A stretch of 64,000 nucleotides of DNA, from assembly GCF_021028975.2 (NCBI RefSeq), contig NC_059427.1, forward strand, positions 124,496,001-124,560,000, given 5' to 3'. Position 1 is the stretch's first letter. Each line of letters starts with the position of its first letter. The stretch comes from Sphaerodactylus townsendi (lineage: Eukaryota). The notes beneath the pieces are model-generated. The model made no database searches. It had not been told where the DNA came from and saw nothing but the letters and a program-made list of their open reading frames with translations. Below, one piece after another: positions 63,549 to 64,000 of this stretch. A program made the translations under genes and the position numbers.

Positions 63549-63771
63549 CTGTTCCATAAAGCATAGCCAATAGAATGGAGGAGATCCATGCTGTGTCACT
63601 ATATCCAACACCAAATTCACGGATCAGCTCCTTGAAGAAGACACTCATGGCCTTAGGAAAGGCGTAGGAGAATCCAGTGATGACAAAGCACCCAAAGAGA
63701 ACAGCCCAGCCCCAGCCACCATCTGGGGCTTTAACTCCAGATGGACCATCATCAAGTACCACAGCTCCCAT
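63549..63771 (-). CDS. SLC16A3: Monocarboxylate transporter 4, first coding exon ([22 protein letters not shown]...LYGT); exon acceptor at 63791
   Basis: PDGGWGW MCT signature; 223 coding nt; TAG acceptor 20 nt upstream of the ATG, GT donor. Confidence 0.96.
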
Positions 63772-64000
63772 TGTGAGAGTTTATCAGCTTCCTAAAACAT
63801 AAAGGAAGGGGGGAGAAACAGTGATTATATAGCCCACAGGTAATAGGAAAAACCTGGTGTTATACAGTGCAGAACTGTAGCACAGTAGGCTCTAAGTAAC
63901 AGAATGTGCCATGGAAAGCAAATTAAATCTTTTTCCTATCGTAACCACCAGAAGTTGTTGTTTTTTAATGTTAGCATATATACAGTTGTAATATTTGGAA

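Noticed and set aside
51321-63771. SLC16A8 (MCT3) or SLC16A1
   Set aside because: N-terminus [12 protein letters not shown]-terminus NGEVV..PETCV and CSNK1D synteny fit MCT4.

Overview
Vertebrate genomic DNA from a squamate reptile, most likely a gecko, judged from the SINE/MITE families present. Two genes lie tail-to-tail, as at human 17q25.3. CSNK1D (casein kinase I delta) is on the + strand: coding exons 2-8, the delta2 cassette exon, the delta1 terminal exon and a ~2 kb 3'UTR; exon 1 is upstream of the window. SLC16A3 (MCT4) is on the - strand with all four coding exons (468 aa). Introns and the intergenic gap are full of transposon relics: CR1, L2, L1/Tx1-like, tRNA- and 5S-derived SINEs, SPIN/hAT/Harbinger/Tc2 MITEs, a solo LTR, a decayed DIRS1 element, and Penelope pseudo-LTRs carrying degenerate hammerhead ribozyme motifs. 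The most interesting unexplained signal is in the last CSNK1D intron (~29.6-29.9 kb). There a well-formed splice acceptor would add a 27-aa strongly hydrophobic, tail-anchor-like C-terminus to CK1delta, and it is followed by four back-to-back hairpins. This is inference from sequence only and needs RNA-seq and conservation checks. Repeat family names are from recall of consensus sequences, not from a database search.
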